64,000 nt of DNA from Veleropilina oligotropha (lineage: Eukaryota): NCBI GenBank assembly GCA_048128005.1, contig JBEUKZ010000010.1, forward strand, positions 434,001 to 498,000, written 5' to 3'. The position numbers were made by a program, and so were the translations under genes. This document shows, piece after piece, positions 25,201 to 33,618 of the stretch. The notes under the pieces were generated by a model. It did no database searches. It was not told the DNA's origin and worked only from the letters and a program-made list of their open reading frames with translations. Each line of letters starts with the position of its first letter. The first letter of the stretch is position 1.

Positions 25201-28200
25201 AGTTATGAATCACAGTTGTCCGTGACTGGCCGAAGAGGGCGGGTTTACCCTGCGACCGGGGTTTCCTCCCGCGATAACACGGACATGTCCTGCTTTGAAC
25301 CTCGATGTTGTAAATATACAGGACATTAAGCAGCATTCCTCCGCCTCCTGACCCGTTAATTTCTTTGATGTCAATTTTGTAACGCTATCTACAATCAATG
25401 TACATACAAGTTTCGTCCTAGATATGGTTCTATATCACAGTGCGATGCTACAAGACTTAAAATTCACAGATCCATGATATTGATGATAAAATATTCAAAC
25501 GTCTTTATTATAACTGTAGTCCTATCCATCATACTATCAGACGTATAACAGATTTATATCACACAGACAAGATGTCGTGAATATTGTTCGGTGAAAACAT
25601 GCAGAGTACTGCATGATGCAATATGGCAGACTTTCTGTCAATTTTTTAATAAAGTATTTTGACGTCACATTTCTGTACACCGGCGCAACATTAACGAATT
25701 TCACACGAATAAACCGCATAGTTATGATGAACGGTGTACGAGATATGCTCCGGAAACGATATCGATTACATAGAGACAGACTGGGCGATCTAGCCTAATA
25801 CACCCAGCAAGTTTCATAAAGTTATGTCGAGCGGTGTACGAGATATGCTCCAGAAAATGTAATATTAACGAACTTAATTGCCGCACAACGTCGAGACTGG
25901 CAAAAGGCATCAGTTCACCTACTACGTAATACACTCAGCATGTTTCGTAAAGTTATGTTGAGCGGTGTACGAGATACGCTCCGGAAAAGATAACATTCAC
26001 AAATTTATACCAAGGGCAATAACTCTGTTAATAATTGTTGCACAATGTCGAGACTGGCAAAAGGCACCAGTTCACCTACTACGTAATACACCCAGTAAGT
26101 TTCGTAAAGTTATGTCGAACGATATCGATTACATACAGACAGACAGACGGATGAACGGATGGACAGACCGGGCAATCTAGCCTAATACACCCAGCAAGTT
26201 TAATAAAGTATTGTCGAGCGGTGTATGAGATACGCTCCGGAAAAAATAACATTAACAAATTTACAGCAAGGGCAATAACTCTGTTAACAATCGTTGCACA
26301 ATGTCAAGACTGGCAAAAGGCACCAGTTCATCTACTACGTAATACAACCAGCAAGTTTCGTAAAGTTATGTCGAACGGTGTACGAGATATGCTCCGGAAA
26401 TGATATCGATTACATACAGACAGACCGACGGACAGACAGACAGACTGGGTGATCGCAAGATCCCCCGGTTAGCATCGGGGGGATAACAAACAAGTGGCAT
26501 AATCATTAACGACTATGTCGAAGTACTACCGCTAACGTTATATGCTTGTATAGCATGCTATTTCATGTGACTGCTACATATGAAGTACTGGTTGTTGTGA
26601 TGGGAAATGCTACTACAAGTGCTTTAATAATCGAAATATGAAAATTCAGGCTAATGGAAGAGAAGAAGGCATATATTTATTCAGTCTAGTGGATTTCAAG
26701 ACTGTAAAAATATACTTTCAGACACCAAAAAACCAGCCTCCTTGGTTAATTTTTTGGAAAACTTATAACCGAAAATCGGTTTCCATTTGGTTCTGTGGTG
26801 GCCATTTTGAATTTTGGTCGAATAAGAAAATTTAGGCTCTTGGAGGAGAGATATGATATATTTATGTGCTCCAATGGATTCATAGACCCTTAAAACATAG
26901 GTGTAGACACCAAATTCAGGTCCCTATGTTAATTTTTGACGAACTTATAGCCGAAATGGGGCACCCATTTTGAATTTTGCCCGTAAAAAAAATTGCTCGA
27001 TCATGACAAAGTGTCATCAAGCGAATTTTCGTTCTGTATGGTCTGTTCTACCAGAATCACCAATAAAACGTATGCACTCCAAAACACGCCTAACCCAAAA
27101 ATGGTCCTTCTTCCACCAGACTACACCATATCCGACTTTTAAACATTTCACTCTTAAACAATAACTTAATACCCCATTCGCTACCTGTAATAAAACAAAT
27201 AATTAATCACTGTTGAAAGAGTCTTATTCCAAACTATTTATATTATCCGAAAGACAGGTGTTGGTAAATTTATTTACTTCCTTAAATCTATAATCCGTTG
27301 ATCTTTACGTGTTTTCCAGGTAATGCTGCGTGATACTCCTGCTGCTCTGGAAGACTTCAAAGCCGCCATCAAGCTCAGTCCGTACTCCGCTCACGTGTAC
27401 CTGAACCGCGGCAACTTGTACGCATCGTTACAGAACCCCGAGAGAGCAGAAAGGGACTACAGCAAGGGTAGGTTAATTCAGACGACTGGTGTTGTGCTAA
27501 TGGTCAGTATGTGATGGTGGCACAATTACATTGAAATTGGAACAGCTTCACTATTAAATTAAACTGGCAAACTATTTTCTATTCTTGTGGAATTAACCAA
27601 AATGTAAACCATTGTTGTGACATGTTCTATTGTTTTGGCCAGAGGCTTAACTTACCATATTGTTAGCGAGGCCACAGGGGACTATTTTCTTACACTAAAA
27701 ATGGTTTTATTAAAATCATATATTTTAAATTATTGTATTTTTGCAATGGTTTAACTCTGTTATATCACTTGATTTTTGTTGTCTAATCAGAGAAGCACGT
27801 GCAGTTAAACGACTCGGTGCTGTAACCCCCGCATGGTTTAACTGCAGGCTTCTCAGATTAGTCAACCAAACCTAGTGATACGACCTATACATTTTGTTGC
27901 ACCAGGCTTGTATGTTTGGGCCGCTTCGGCAGCGCAGTGGGTAGAGTGTCCACTCTAAATTCACTGGCTTGATTCCGCGAATGCGAACAGTCGTTGGTTC
28001 AATACCTGGCTGAGGCATTGACATTTGTTCAAGTTATGAATCACAGTTGTCCGCGACTGGCCGGGTTTACCCGGGCGACTGGGGTTTCCTCCCGCGATAA
28101 CACGGACATGTCCTGCCTTGAACCTCGATGTTGAAAATATACAGGACATTAAGCATCATACCTCCTCCTCATGTATGTTTAGGCTGTGGGGCGATGATCA

Positions 28201-29679
28201 TGTCCCGGTTTTAGCACCCGCCAGGTTCATACCATGACAAGTTCATATTGTCGCAGGATGAAAGCCTGGTCACCCAGAAAAATCCTCGCTCACCGGGCAG
28301 TTTTGGACAACTGTGACTGTTTACAATTAATGGTAAACAAAGAGTGCCCTGCCGATGATTCTCCTGTTAATCAGAGCAGTCGATGATTTTCCTGTTAATC
28401 GGAGCAGTCGAGGATTGTCCTGTTAATCAGAGCAGTCGAGGATTGTCCTGTTAATCAGAGCAGTCGAGGATTGTCCTGTTAATCAGAGCAGTCGAGGATT
28501 GTCCTGTTAATCAGAGCTGTCGAGGATTGTCCTGTTAATCAGAGCAGTCGAGGATTATCCTGTTAATCAGAGCAGTCCAGGATTGTCCTGTTAATCAGAG
28601 CAGTCGAGGATTGTCCTGTTAATCAGAGCAGTCGAGGATTGTCCTGTTAATCAGAGCAGTCGAGGATTGTCCTGTTAATCAGAGCAGTCAAGCGAGGAAA
28701 TTGGGAACCACGCTTTGTGTAAAAGGATTAATCTAGTGTTGTCCTCGTCTTAGTTTGAAATGGAATGATTTCCTTATATTTTGCCCTACACTATGTAAAA
28801 TTGAGTGGTGTGATTTTGCATATCCTATGGAATGTAAGATACCATTATGGAAGGAAAAGAATGATCAATGCTAAATGTCCTGTATATTTCCAACCATCAT
28901 TTGGTTCAATGCAGGACATGTCCGTATTATCGCGGGAGGAAACCCACCTTCTCTGACCAGTTATGGACAACTGCGATTCATAACTTGAATAAGATACCAT
29001 TATTTATTATATGCCTATTCTCGCGCAGTTTTCCGAGACCCTGTATCACGGACACGGCTGATATCGATTCAGAAAACGTCTCCTGCTTATATATGCACAG
29101 GAAAACGTCTCCTGCTTATATATTCAAAATGGCTGACAAATCGTAGGAACTGCTTCCAATATAGTCCTATACTATTTCAACCTCCCTTACAGATTCGTTA
29201 CTAAAATTACCATAATCTTTCGATTCAATTTAATAAGAAACTTGTTGTGGCATATAATAAAAATGTTATCAGTTATTGTGTGGATTCTGGCACATCGGAA
29301 ACCTCTCATGACGTCGTAGTTTTTGCGGCGGATAAATCGCTCGAACTTCGTTCTCACGATTAATCCGCCGCAAAAACTACGACGTCACTCGAGGTTTCCG
29401 ATGTGCCAGAATACACACAATACTGATAACATCATTGGAATGTGCCTGCATTTCTTTAATCCATTAATTACTCAATTGTTTCATGTATCTTTTACCAATA
29501 TTAAATAATAATTCTTCGCAGCTTTGAGCCTCGATCCCGATGACGCTCTGGTTTTGAAACGTCGAGCAGATGTCCGAGGTAAACTGGGCAAGCGAGAGCT
29601 GGCGATAGCGGACTACAAGCGCGCAGTGGAGATCCAAGGACGACCCAAACCATTCAGCAAGCAGCCGCAGAGGGTTTGA
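4064..29679 (+). CDS. TTC6: Tetratricopeptide repeat protein, TTC6-like; 21 coding exons, 5' exons outside the window
   Basis: Exons join in phase across canonical splice sites (one GC-AG) into a continuous tandem-TPR ORF ending in TGA at 29677-29679. Family call is from remembered similarity (e.g. KALMDYGIVLLL, ELMTNRGVINQFMQD, YSLAYFNAANIYFH). Confidence 0.85.
4297..4810 (+). mobile_element. Non-autonomous Helentron-like (HINE) element with an internal 166-bp tandem repeat
   Basis: 5' TTTTGTCTCGCC...GCGAGAC inverted repeat, then (GTC)n microsatellite, two near-identical 166-bp units (starts 4377, 4543, 4709), and 3' GGCGAGACA...CTTGTT. Confidence 0.65.
5106..5219 (+). CDS. TTC6: TTC6-like exon b
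   Basis: tttcag|A...AG|gtgggt; LHPNRALQDFS...YNATER. Confidence 0.9.
5535..5648 (+). CDS. TTC6: TTC6-like exon c
   Basis: tttcag|A...AG|gtgagt; PEDAILDF...NLGLIY. Confidence 0.9.
5957..6050 (+). CDS. TTC6: TTC6-like exon d
   Basis: ttacag|A...GAT|gtaagt; AIKKFTSAIKVDPTYVRAYVCRGEAY. Confidence 0.9.
6475..6549 (+). CDS. TTC6: TTC6-like exon e
   Basis: tttcag|CTT...CGG|gtaagt; LRSALADFNRAIHLAPDVHHYYMYR. Confidence 0.9.
6688..6905. mobile_element. Degenerate Tc1/mariner- or pogo-type MITE remnant
   Basis: TA|CAGTTGAAC start and repeated GATAA(C/T)TCGAA motifs; no clear right TIR. Confidence 0.35.
6964..7016 (+). CDS. TTC6: TTC6-like exon f
   Basis: ttacag|GGA...CG|gtttgt; GQLVLKLGNHELAAFCVR. 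Confidence 0.85.
7493..7912 (+). mobile_element. Helentron-like non-autonomous element
   Basis: TTTTTATGTCTT...CAAGACAT inverted repeat, microsatellite, and 3' CAAGACATA...TTCTTGTT. Confidence 0.45.
7922..8012 (+). CDS. TTC6: TTC6-like exon g
   Basis: atacag|A...CAG|gtaaat; HAAELNQE...TFLKNYDQ. Confidence 0.85.
8514..8691 (+). repeat. Tandem duplication (98-bp period) of the exon h acceptor and exon start
   Basis: 8514-8593 is identical to 8612-8691. Confidence 0.95.
8645..8779 (+). CDS. TTC6: TTC6-like exon h (preceded by a duplicated decoy acceptor)
   Basis: ttccag|GCC...TAC|gtaaga; AIEALLAAVRTRPVPQLFMLLGK...ALELY. Confidence 0.88.
9109..9255 (+). CDS. TTC6: TTC6-like exon i
   Basis: tattag|AAA...GAG|gtcagt; KPWAKREPWP...AIKIDPNYAE. 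Confidence 0.88.
9784..9882 (+). CDS. TTC6: TTC6-like exon j
   Basis: ttgcag|GCT...CAG|gtatat; AFYQRGLARM...LNPKIFQ. Confidence 0.9.
9976..10091 (+). CDS. TTC6: TTC6-like exon k
   Basis: atttag|GCG...AG|gtgagg; AYLSRACYY...VRAYLYR. Confidence 0.9.
10365..10612 (+). mobile_element. Old tRNA-derived SINE
   Basis: GTGAGTTCAAAT B-box-like motif; CACGGTTGTCC...GCGATAATATGGACAT...ATTAAGC resembles the younger SINE family in this window. Confidence 0.5.
10669..10807 (+). CDS. TTC6: TTC6-like exon l (GC donor)
   Basis: tttcag|A...AAG|gcaggt; GSLKYYIKAYDLAIQDL...EYSK. Confidence 0.85.
11055..11108 (+). CDS. TTC6: TTC6-like exon m
   Basis: tttcag|GCG...AAG|gtattt; ALMDYGIVLLLGDQLMLK. Confidence 0.88.
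11255..11388 (+). CDS. TTC6: TTC6-like exon n
   Basis: ttgcag|GTT...AA|gtgagt; VLINRGLLYF...LGLCYHK. Confidence 0.9.
11713..11847 (+). CDS. TTC6: TTC6-like exon o
   Basis: ctacag|A...AG|gtaagt; LDQLPAAIKSF...RGNVFMDYG. Confidence 0.9.
12102..12238 (+). CDS. TTC6: TTC6-like exon p
   Basis: atacag|A...A|gtaagt; RDYERALILDP...AIQMKP. Confidence 0.9.
12540..12750 (+). mobile_element. tRNA-derived SINE (second family)
   Basis: GTGGTTAGCGCGTCAGACT A-box/anticodon-like region and GGTTCGAGACC B-box; a related fragment lies at ~23895-24043. Confidence 0.6.
12963..13102 (+). CDS. TTC6: TTC6-like exon q
   Basis: ttccag|CT...CAG|gtaaga; YKPALEGRAIVCLQM...NRGVINQ. Confidence 0.9.
13492..13930 (+). mobile_element. 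Non-autonomous hairpin-tailed element (Crypton-like architecture)
   Basis: TTTATCACATGAC...GTCATGTGATAAA inverted repeat, followed by a ~140-bp imperfect palindrome (13783-13920) with CTCG/CTCG mismatches. A truncated relative lies at 62008-62350. Confidence 0.65.
14088..14210 (+). CDS. TTC6: TTC6-like exon r
   Basis: tttcag|TTT...CAG|gtaatg; FMQDSVNAMRDY...RHFQQ. Confidence 0.9.
14763..15917 (-). repeat. 3' LTR (1155 bp)
   Basis: TGTAACA...GCGTTACA on the minus strand; the purine-rich PPT GGTGGGGAAG lies immediately upstream (15923-15932). Confidence 0.95.
16034..16945 (-). CDS. RT (C-terminal) and RNase H; frameshifted continuation of pol
   Basis: MPFGL, FVDD, DSSDVGLGAVL, EKECLAVVW, ETDHQPL, ADYLSR. 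One extra base near 16953 would restore an FET-x-SGLYRF reading. Confidence 0.92.
   Translation of the reverse strand: MYRFKVMPFGLVCAPATFCRLMRKVLKGLDCADSFVDDILVFSETWDQHRVALRQVFGRLRGAGLTAKPSKCYIGFRDIECLGHMIGETLKPVHAKIEAVQRAERPRTKKQVRSFLGVVGFYRKFIPNFAAVAVPLTDLTKKGQPNQVIWTDTQARSFNELKRSLMGPPILKLPELNNMFILRNDSSDVGLGAVLLQEEDDVKLPVAYASRKLLDRERNYAVIEKECLAVVWGVAKFHRYLFGKEFVLETDHQPLTYLNKTKTANSRLMRWALALQPYRMRIRAIPGRDNIGADYLSRTDSRE
16951..20442 (-). CDS. Gag-protease-integrase-RT(N-terminal) polyprotein
   Basis: Gag capsid/SCAN-like region, CCHC knuckle CFNCGGNHFARDC, protease DTGA, integrase HHCC (HDSLMAGH...CDIC), DDE core (VDLVGP, TDMGSQF, NGLVEKFN), GPF, then RT motifs IRFCIDFRQLN and IDLSKGYWQ. Confidence 0.93.
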   Translation of the reverse strand: MDSSCVLVTSMTSIKELTEIGEKFGFEGEKLRKFVIEEQAREREARLRERENEREAEGERAEKMLEKERERFERERVAKREDFEMEAEQHRRAMELAEVRRKSGTGDDNNTRIKGPKLPFFNEEQDSIDSYVYRFERYATAQGWRQDHWSIQLSAPLKGKALEVYSRLPIDDCGNYEKLKEALLKRFELTEEGFRKRFRSCRPEKGETFVQYLARARNYLERWFQLGKVEQSFKGVVDYLLRDQLLSICQRELYLFLREKILVDSNEMAGSADLYAEARGGCHVVVSKESLVGQQRGSSTRTPANLGKCFNCGGNHFARDCDKIGREDPRNKTKVAVTNQIPENSVEELGYTDIRESNRFFKVDRGRGRNRYRRDRGGGRGYMQGMNKSSCVVVNHSLERLGVCMEGECPKSRGQVNGNEVTVMRDTGATCVVVRTSLVKPEQYMGKKRGCKYIDGTEHYFPVARIKVETPYFTGTTEALCIESPLYDLVIGNIKGARYSQPNDTVQAVETRAETRQRDKPYRKLRVPDKILNISKEEFLVLQKEDKTLETIRKKARRSEERLCKGEGKVSFVFRNGLCYRQYMYTDGRKACQLVVPETGREGVLQIAHDSLMAGHLGVKKTIDRVTSEFYWPSVLADTKRFCRSCDICQRTIPKGRVLKVPLGEMPRIETPFKRVAVDLVGPIEPVTDRKNRYILVMVDYATRYPEAVALPSIEAERVAEALVDMFSRLGIPEEMLTDMGSQFTSGIMKEVSRLLSLRQLTTTPYHPICNGLVEKFNGTLKQMLKRMCAERPKDWDKYLNPMLFAFREVPQESLQFSPFQLLYGRKIRGPMSILKELWSGEVNNMEVKSTYQYVLDLQERLTETCKMAQDHLGKAKLRQKKYYNKKARRREFRAGDKVLILLPVNNNKLLLQWKGPFLIEGNLGNDMDYRIQMGNKVKTFHANMLKRYFEREMDKVEEDRGILTICSAGTVEERDDDVTDSYNEDVDVALDCPAGSTKESVEEVSVSKNINEEQARQVKEILEEFSDILTELPGITSYIQHDIKLSTTEPVRVKGYPIPFHSQETIAEEVSKMIDLGVIEPSEAPYTNPIVLIRKKDNTIRFCIDFRQLNKVTVFDSEPMPNIEEMFSKLSKYKYFSKIDLSKGYWQVPLTERAKDMTSFET
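20714..20731 (-). promoter_or_regulatory. Primer-binding site, tRNA-Leu type
   Basis: TGGTGTCAGAAGTCGGAT, 1 nt from the 5' LTR; complementary to a tRNA-Leu 3' end (..AUCCCACUUCUGACACCA, from memory) with one mismatch. Confidence 0.85.
20733..22139 (-). repeat. 5' LTR (1407 bp including an inserted SINE)
   Basis: Differs from the 3' LTR by 6 substitutions (counted by eye), one net 19-bp indel and the SINE with its TSD. Confidence 0.95.
21559..21814 (+). mobile_element. Young tRNA-derived SINE inserted in the 5' LTR
   Basis: 15-bp TSD TCAAATATAATACGA (21544-21558 and 21815-21829); absent from the 3' LTR; A-box TAGCGCAGTGG and B-box GGATCGACCC. Confidence 0.93.
22480..22928. mobile_element. 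MITE with 15-bp TIRs and a 5-bp TSD
   Basis: CAGGCGCGGATCCAG...CTGGATCCACGCCTG flanked by ATAAC on both sides; interrupts a Helentron repeat unit. Confidence 0.85.
23190..23267 (+). CDS. TTC6: TTC6-like exon s
   Basis: ttttag|GCG...AAG|gtaaga; ALAYYDQALEHNPKDESAYLNRAITK. Confidence 0.9.
24044..25065 (-). mobile_element. RTE-clade LINE 3' fragment, degenerate
   Basis: Minus strand encodes KFKYL and YKTMVRPAMLYGMEAVT (RTE RT C-terminus) and ends GGCGACCCC...GAAGAAGAAG. Confidence 0.75.
24267..24525 (+). mobile_element. tRNA-derived SINE (related subfamily) inside the RTE fragment
   Basis: GGCCGC start, GTGGGTTCAAACC B-box, GGCGGGTTT...TTTCCTCC core and ACATTAAGC tail. Confidence 0.75.
25094..25349 (+). 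mobile_element. SINE, same family as 21559
   Basis: High identity to 21559-21814; slightly 5'-truncated. Confidence 0.88.
25720..26489 (-). mobile_element. Helentron-like element with internal tandem repeats and (GACA)n
   Basis: Repeated GTTATGTCGAACGGTGTACGAGATATGCTCCGGAAA units and an end hairpin ATCCCCCG..CGGGGGAT. Confidence 0.6.
27320..27467 (+). CDS. TTC6: TTC6-like exon t
   Basis: ttccag|GTA...G|gtaggt; VMLRDTPAALEDF...ERDYSK. Confidence 0.9.
27760..27882. repeat. Degenerate long hairpin (remnant of a hairpin-tailed element)
   Basis: CTAATCAGAGAAGC..TGCAGTTAAAC...GTTTAACTGCA.GCTTCTCAGATTAG inverted arms. Confidence 0.55.
27918..28171 (+). mobile_element. SINE, same family as 21559
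   Basis: 9-bp TSD TGTATGTTT (27909-27917 and 28172-28180); small internal deletion. Confidence 0.9.
28353..28690. repeat. 28-bp minisatellite, about 12 copies
   Basis: Unit GGATTGTCCTGTTAATCAGAGCAGTCGA. Confidence 0.95.
28860..28992 (-). mobile_element. SINE 3' fragment
   Basis: Reverse complement of the SINE tail (GCAGGACATGTCCGT.TTATCGCGGGAGGAAACC; TTCATAACTTGAA). Confidence 0.7.
29000..29428 (+). mobile_element. Non-autonomous hairpin-tailed element (Crypton-like architecture)
   Basis: TTTATTATATGCC...GGCATATAATAAA inverted repeat, then a ~160-bp palindrome (29267-29428) with CTC-type mismatches. Confidence 0.65.
29522..29679 (+). CDS. TTC6: TTC6-like terminal coding exon
   Basis: tcgcag|CT...TGA; LSLDPDDALVLKRRADVRGKLG...QRV*. 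Confidence 0.9.
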
Positions 29680-30018
29680 AGGTCTGTTATCCGATTAGTG
29701 ATTCATGAGTGAACATCATGCTGCTAGATCTTGTGCAAACATTCTCCAAATATAAAATTATTTCTGGATCTGCCAGCAATGCATGTACTTTCTGTGGAGA
29801 CGCATTTCTTTTCCATAAAAACAATATATGTGAAAATAAGAACATGCTGATTCAATTATTGTGATAAATGTACAAATTTTGAGTGTGTTATTTCACTTTT
29901 ATTATCTTTTCTGTGATATGTATTTATTTAAATATTTATATTGAAATTTTATATTTAAGACTAATATATATAGATCTATGTTATATGTTTCCAATGGTAT
30001 TGTTATTGTTCAAAAACA

Positions 30019-30034
30019 AATAAACTCCATTAAA
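30019..30034 (+). terminator. Candidate polyadenylation signals of the TTC6-like gene
   Basis: AATAAA at 30019-30024 and ATTAAA at 30029-30034, about 340 bp after the stop codon. Confidence 0.45.
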
Positions 30035-31648
30035 GACAGATTTGGCAATTGTTTAATGACAAAATACATATTTTTTATACATATTTACAACTAAATAATG
30101 CCACGAGTTGATTGCACCAATGATCAGAGAGATCTTGCTTATGTAACACACGACTAGATTCAGGTCGACATGACAGATACATTGCAGATTCAAACAAGCA
30201 AAAGTATGTCTACGCATTAGCCTAATGCCTGGAATGCATCAGATACAATGAGTTATAAAAATAGAGTGATTCAAGATGAGATGGGAATATACGCAAACAT
30301 TCAAAATGACAAATTCTACAGAGCACTGATTAACAAATTTTCAATAATTCAACAAAAGTACCAAGATATTAATCATAACCTCGAAGAAGCTGGGTGAAAG
30401 CTATGTTGTCACCACTGTTTGCAGAATGACTTCAAAGATTATGCATGGATTTGGATGGAATTTTCAGAACTGACTGTCAATACTAGGATTAGTTGCTGAA
30501 ATTGTTCATAGCCCAAAGGGAATTATTACTCATAAGTTTTGGTTATTTTTGTATGCTCATTACCTCGTTTTAACCAATATTGTCATATTGGTACAATATT
30601 GTCATATTGGTACGTCCATATTGTCTTTGAACGAAAGCACCGATTATCTGATGAAACCAACCCACTCTGGCCAGTTATGGAAAGTCTCAAAACCGAACAT
30701 TTGAACCCACTCCAGTGAGACAGAGCCGTCAGTACGCGTGAATTTGGAGCAACTCTGACAAAGGTGAGGCCCTACTCTCAACATATAGAGAGATTTGGTT
30801 TTGGTTTCATGTATAATTGACCTGTTGGTCACGAGTAGATTTTGGTCAAGATCAGAATCTGGAATGATGAAATTCTGGATCTGAACCCGGTGTGGCGTTC
30901 TCTGCTCTAATTATTGCTATGTACAAATCTATTTACCCTGAATCTATGATGAACAGGTTTAGATATGTTCTAGCAAGTTCATGAAATAAATAGTTGGTGT
31001 ACAAAATAGTGGTGCCTCGATACCTGAAGTGAATGCCAAAATACACATGTATAGAGAACAATAGTGTGAGTGAAATGATTTAAATATAACAGTAAACAAG
31101 TGTCTAAAAATTCAAATCATGAAGCAAATTGAGCAATATAACAAAATGCCTTCATTGCAGTTTAACATAAGAACTGCATAATTAAGTATCCACTACAACA
31201 TGAATTAATGAAATTCATTCATTCATTTACTCCTACCATACAGACATAGATAAGTAGAGCCAGACTTGTCATCAAATTTATGTGCAGATATTCATTCATA
31301 AACGATACAAAATTCTGTGCATTCATAATGCAAAAATCTCAAAATTATCTCAATCCTAACATTAACTCCAGGTTACAAGTCCCACGACATAGTAGATGAA
31401 GGTATCAGGAAGGTATTGAAGAGTGGATATTGATAGAGTTTCATCTATTTAGTGATATTACTACAACAATAATTTGTGTTTCACTATTAAAGAGAAATTT
31501 ATCTTTAAGTTCAGAAATTTTAAGTACAACTACAATGGGCAGAATATGAGCATGTATCTGTCAAAAGCAAAATTGCACAAATGCCATTCAAAAATGTACT
31601 CTACCCACATCACCTGACACAGTGTGCTAAATATGCATGTGTAAACAT

Positions 31649-32918
31649 AACAAGAGCTAAAGCTCACATGCATGGAACTGCGCATCACTTATATTTCATG
31701 AGTATTGTGTCTACATTCAATAGTAGATGACCTTGTCAATTTGAAAAATTTCAATTAAAATTGCTTTTAGTATGCATATTGTTGCATATATAGCATGCTT
31801 GAGAAACTTTAACAAAAATTTCTTAGTCCAAAAGCAGCATTTTATGGTAAAATTTGATTTAAACTAAACTTATCACAGAAGTGACCATATGCACCCACAA
31901 AATCTCTTGACCCATGAACAGGCTGTCGCAGTGACCTACTTTTGGTACCTGACACACCTTTGGGATATGAAGCATGCACACATCAAGTTTCGTGTCCCTC
32001 CGTCAAATAGTATGGGAGATATGAAGCTGAAGGGAATTTTGGACTGAATGCGGTCAAGCGTGGAAATTAGGTCATGGTGGCCTACTTTTGGTACGCGACA
32101 CCTTTGGGATATGACGCATCCACACATCAAGTTTCGTGTCCCTACGTCAAATAGCATGGGAGATATGGAATGGAAAGGAATTTTGGACGAAATACGGTAG
32201 TCCGAAAAGTGAGTCGCAGTGACCTACTTTCGATACGCGACAGACCTTTGTGGTATGATGCATACAAACATCATGTTTCGTGTCCCTAGGTCAAATAGCA
32301 TGGGAGATATGGAATGGAAAGGAATTTTTGACCAAACGCCGTCAAACGTGAAAAGTAGGTCGCAGTGACCTACTTTTGGTATGTGGCACACTTTTGGATT
32401 AAGATGCATGCACACATCAAATTTCGTGTCCTTCGGTCAAATAGTATGGGAGATATGGAGCGGAAGGGAATTTTGGACCAAGTGCGAACAAGCGTGAAAA
32501 GTGGGTCGCGGTGACCTACTTTCGGTACGCAGCACACCTTTGGATTATGATGCATCCACACATCAAATTTCGTGTCCCTGGACGAAATATTATCGGAGAT
32601 TATTGGGCAGAAGGGAATTTGCAACAGACCGACAGACAGACAAGTTGACTCCTATATGCCCCCCCCCCCTAAACTTCATTTGTGGGGGCATAATTATCTT
32701 CAATATTATTTATTTATTGTCAGATAACAATGAAATAGTGATATCCAACATATAGTAATGCTAAAACATGCATATTGTTGCTTATATAGCATGATTGAGA
32801 AACTTTAACCAAAAACTTTAACCCGAGAACCAATTGTGGATGCCGGTCGGACGAACGAACGGCCAGACGACATGCTCATTACACAGACTCTCATTTGCGT
32901 TGCATGAGAGCCAAAAAT
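31649..32918 (-). mobile_element. Composite Helentron-like repeat; a ~146-bp-unit element (~31917-32693) appears nested in another
   Basis: GTCGCAGTGACCTACTTTTGGTA units at ~146-bp period, (GACA)n, and a TATGCCCCC...GGGGGCATA end hairpin; related copy at 58620-59310. Confidence 0.6.
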
Positions 32919-33558
32919 GTCATAAATAATATAAATTGAATAATTAAATTACTTTCACACATGAAACACACAACACGACATAAATAAGTATGTGACATAT
33001 CTAATGCTTGCCACTGTGTTACCCGCTGAAATCGTGTCTATAAAATGACACCAGTGCTTACTTACAAAACTAAACAAGTCTGTAAATTGTTTACAAACAA
33101 TCTAGATATTTTAAGTCTATTTCTTGGGACTGGATTCCTTGTAGGCAAAATCTCATTAGGTATATGAGCAAAATAATCAAGGCACAGCTACAGTGCAAAT
33201 ATCGATGTGTAATGAGTGAAAGTAGCATCCTCCAATGAAAACGCTGCATTGAGTCAGGTGTTTATTAATCTGTCCAATGAAATCTCTATGCATGTGATCA
33301 CATGGTGGTAACCAGAACCAATCAAATGCTGTGCATACAGTCACATGACTACCACTGATGTGCATATTGTCACCAGACTACAGCTGTCCAATGAATTCTG
33401 TGCATGTAATCACATGACTCTGTCCATCAGTCTGGATGATCAGTGGAATTTAGACATGGCTTCCCATTCGTTGGTCAAACCCATGTCGATGCTCGCAATT
33501 TCTTTCTGCAGAAAAATGAAAATGGCCACTTGAACAACGAAAGGAAGCCGTGAGCATG

Positions 33559-33618
33559 TCAACTGTTGGGGACGTGGACCACGCACGCACACGCTCTCCC
33601 TGTGCATAGTGACGAAAC
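33559..33618 (-). CDS. KLHL5: KLHL terminal coding exon
   Basis: tttcag|GTT...[22 protein letters not shown]. Confidence 0.88.
   Translation of the reverse strand, partial: VSSLCTGRACACVVHVPNS

Larger units (their letters stand above)
23487..27123. mobile_element. Long-TIR non-autonomous DNA transposon (TAG termini, possibly Academ-like) carrying nested inserts
   Basis: 23487-23553 (TAGTCTGGTGGAA...GTGTTTTGGAGT.CATAC...ATTGGTGATTCTGGTAGAACAGAC) is the reverse complement, with indels, of 27041-27123. Confidence 0.65.

Noticed and set aside
28353..28690. CRISPR-like 28-bp repeats (also the 31- and 35-bp arrays)
   Set aside because: Head-to-tail units with no unique spacers, no cas genes, and a eukaryotic context.
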